Assembly (NCBI RefSeq): GCF_964188315.1
Contig: NC_135670.1
Location: forward strand, 992,001-1,056,000
Direction of reading: 5' to 3'
DNA from: Podarcis muralis
Lineage: Eukaryota
Length of the DNA stretch: 64,000 bases
The translations under genes and the position numbers were made by a program. Numbering within the stretch: the stretch's first letter is position 1; each line of letters starts with the position of its first letter. The notes under the pieces are model-generated. The model did not search any database. It saw only the letters and a list, made by a program, of their open reading frames with translations, and was not told where the DNA came from. Of the stretch, positions 61,141-64,000 are shown one piece after another.

Positions 61141-62807
61141 ACCCTGCTTTGTCAGAATCTCTCCCCCGCAATCATGGACCAGTTTAATACGGGGGGTAAA
61201 TAAAGAACGTTCGACAACCAGAACATTTATGAAGTGTTGGTGGGTTCCCACGAGTCAACATACAGTGATAAGAGCAAAAACCTTTATTGAACTACATAAC
61301 TGGGAAACAGGGGCAAAGCAACTCCTTATATACATTTCTGAAAGCCTGGGCCACTCCCACCTCCAACATGATTGACTGTCTTAACTTCCAAGCTGTGAAT
61401 CACGACTCAAGTTTAAGGGCCAATGGCAGAGGCCCAATTCCTGAAATGTTTTGTGATGGGACAAAATGTTAGGAATCAGAACGCAGGAGCTCAGAATCCC
61501 TAGTCCAGACTGAAGCTCAGGCAAACACAGACCACTGAATACATAAGAACTTACTTCTGTGTTTTCAGCATTTGGGAGTCAAAACGTACAAGTACCAAGG
61601 CGTTTGAGATCCAAGGTATGACTGTACTCTATAAGTTTAAAAAAACAACAACGCTTGGAGCGTCCTGGTTCTTACTTTCCCCACACATGTATACAGAACT
61701 CAAATTCTGACTGTTATCTACATGGGCTAGTGATGCATGCTGCAGAATGATAGTACTGTAAAAATAAATTTAAAAAGCTCAAAAACTTTTGGGGTGTCCT
61801 GGTTTTTACTTTTAGAAATATGGCATTCTTAATATCAATTTGTTTTTGAAAGCAATAAGGGGGCAAACAATACTGGGAAGGGATGTGATGAAGGAGATAA
61901 ACCCATCTTCAGGGTGGGGACAGGATGGGACGGGACTGAAAATCATGTACTGTGCACTCAGACTTGACTCTACTTTTAAACACAGGACTTCAATTTCTGC
62001 CAACTAAGAATGATCTCTGGGAAAATTCAGCTCTTGCTCAGGACTAAGCAATGCTGCCTACTTATTATCTCTCAAGGAAAACAATCATAGTTGTACAATT
62101 CAGGGGGGAGAGGCTTTAGCAATTTGGTCAGGCATGATGCATCTGTGAATACGAAGAACACTCTGAGGAATCATCTCCATCATTGTCAAAATTGCTGGCT
62201 TCCATCCTCTTACATAGTAGATATACACAGTCTGTTTGGATTAAAAAGCAACAATAGCATCTTTAAAAAGGCATAACAACTTGCTAATTTTCAAAGCGAT
62301 GTCTAGGCACAGCCAGGGTTCTGCCAGTCTTTTGTGTCATCATTCTTCTTTTACATGTTTGGATATGATTCCGTCCGCTCATCAATTTCAAGGAATATTC
62401 TTTTTGTGAAATGTGAACTTCCTTGACTAGGCATGGTTTAGCACATGATTTATCACATAATTTAGCATATTCTTTCACTGAAATGCTGCCTCACCACAAT
62501 GTACCTTATGTTCTCTTGGGTAACTGTCGTGGAAATATATATATATATATATTTGCAAACCAAGGAACAGTGAAATTCTATAACTAAACTGCTGCAGATG
62601 GTGATTTTTTAAAAAAAGTAATAATAATGTTATTATTTGTATCCCAGCAACCTCCAGTCATCCCTGGGAATAATGTGTGAAGAAAAAGAAAATATGTTGG
62701 CTTACTTAAAGAACAAAGCGCTGGTGCATAGACTACCTAACAGCCCACTATTCAAAGGATACTTTAGCCAAACTGATAACATCCGCATACAAGGCTGTAG
62801 TGGAAAC

Positions 62808-63064
62808 ATGGGAATCTACATTGGGAGGGGAAGATTTCTGAGTAGGATCCTGCTGGTGTTGTTTCTGCTCTTACTTCTGCTTCACACCATATGTAAGGCA
62901 CATTCTATTAACTGCAGCATTTATGATGATCCTCTTCCTATTGCTCACGAATTTTACCAGCCAGGAGACCTTGTAATTGGTGAGATGGTTTCGCAAGTCA
63001 TATACTTCTCTAATATCCAGTCCTTCAGGGAACAGCCTTCACAGATACTGATTGATGAACCTGT
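62808..63064 (+). CDS. V2R gene F exon 1 (rest beyond the right edge); tandem paralog of E
   Basis: 257 bp; 2 aa differences from E exon 1; donor GT|GTAAG. Confidence 0.9.
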
Positions 63065-64000
63065 GTAAGGCATTATTTATTCCCCTTCTTACTGAGTCTA
63101 AAATAGTCAGACCGCAATGATTGAAAATGCATCATTAAGCAGTACTGTGATTTATATTTTGATGTAATTCTTTATGGAAACCCAGTAACATTGTAATGGT
63201 GGGGTGAAGCATTCTTTAGTTTCATGGAAGAGGTATGAGGTACTTAAGCTCAGCATGGCTAGATGAGGGGCAAGGGTGGATATGGGTAGACAGAGAAGCA
63301 GAGACAAGAAGCCCCCAATTTACACAAGGGTCACGTTCCGGGAATCACGCCGAAAGCCAACGTTGTGTATGGTCAAAATAAATCAGGTTCAATGGCAGAT
63401 GGGATTCCCAAAGTCTTTTTTCCCAGACACTCATCCACTTTAGATTCAGGGGTTGTTGTTTTTTTTTTTTTTTGCCAGGCATCTAAAGCTGTATATGGAT
63501 TGCAGTTTTACTGTATTCATTTCACTTATTAACTGTTTGTACTGCTACTAAGTTTTCCTTTGCAAAGCCCACTAAAATAAACAGTTCTGTGCTTCCTTTT
63601 ATTATTTAGTAAACCTGCTACAGCATTTTCACATGGTGGATCATGCCTTGTCACTGCCCCGCTATTTCTGTCCTGTCCACACCTCGTTACTTCCCAACCT
63701 TGAGGAATGTGAATGCATTTACATCTGGATCTTCTGACTCTTTCTCTGTGGAACACAATTCCTGCTCTTTTCTGTCTCTCCTCACTCTTGCAGCGCATCA
63801 CTTTCTCCCCTTGCTTTTCCCTCAGATTGCTCCACTTCTGCCCTCACAGTGCTCCATTTTCTGTTCAATTGCTCAGTTGAAGATCAGAGCCTGGAAAAGT
63901 ATTCAGAGCAAAGAGCTTTGCTCTTCCCATTTCATTATTTAGTTATATGTCCTTCTGGGAGGCAAACATCTCACAACATCTCACGTTGAAGTAAGCAGTC

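Larger units (their letters stand above)
59548..64000. repeat. Tandem duplication unit 2 (upstream region and exon 1 of F)
   Basis: Colinear with 43447-49490 apart from TE indels. Confidence 0.9.

Overview
Vertebrate genomic DNA, most likely a lacertid-type lizard (inferred from Sauria SINE, Squam3 SINE, BovB, L2 and Penelope repeats). The window is part of a vomeronasal type-2 receptor (V2R/Vmn2r, class C GPCR) cluster. Tracing splice sites by hand gives four complete 6-exon genes with open spliced frames and GT-AG introns: B (-, 5444-12674), C (-, 17194-28562), D (-, 30022-35737) and E (+, 48304-59436). Two more genes are cut by the window edges: A (-, exons 1-3) and F (+, exon 1). B and D are a recent interspersed duplicate pair; E and F lie in a ~16 kb tandem duplication. 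Introns and spacers are packed with transposons. The most unusual signals are: (1) a three-copy family of ~750-bp LTR-like elements, each capped on one side by a 9-bp-stem hairpin conserved in structure but not sequence; (2) a Penelope element forming a ~420-bp inverted repeat with two hammerhead ribozyme motifs inside an intact V2R intron; (3) very uneven B/D divergence (exon 2 ~24% aa, 7TM exon ~1%); (4) a 144-bp BovB insertion that looks like an extreme twin-priming product. No CRISPR arrays, rRNA or true tRNA genes were found.
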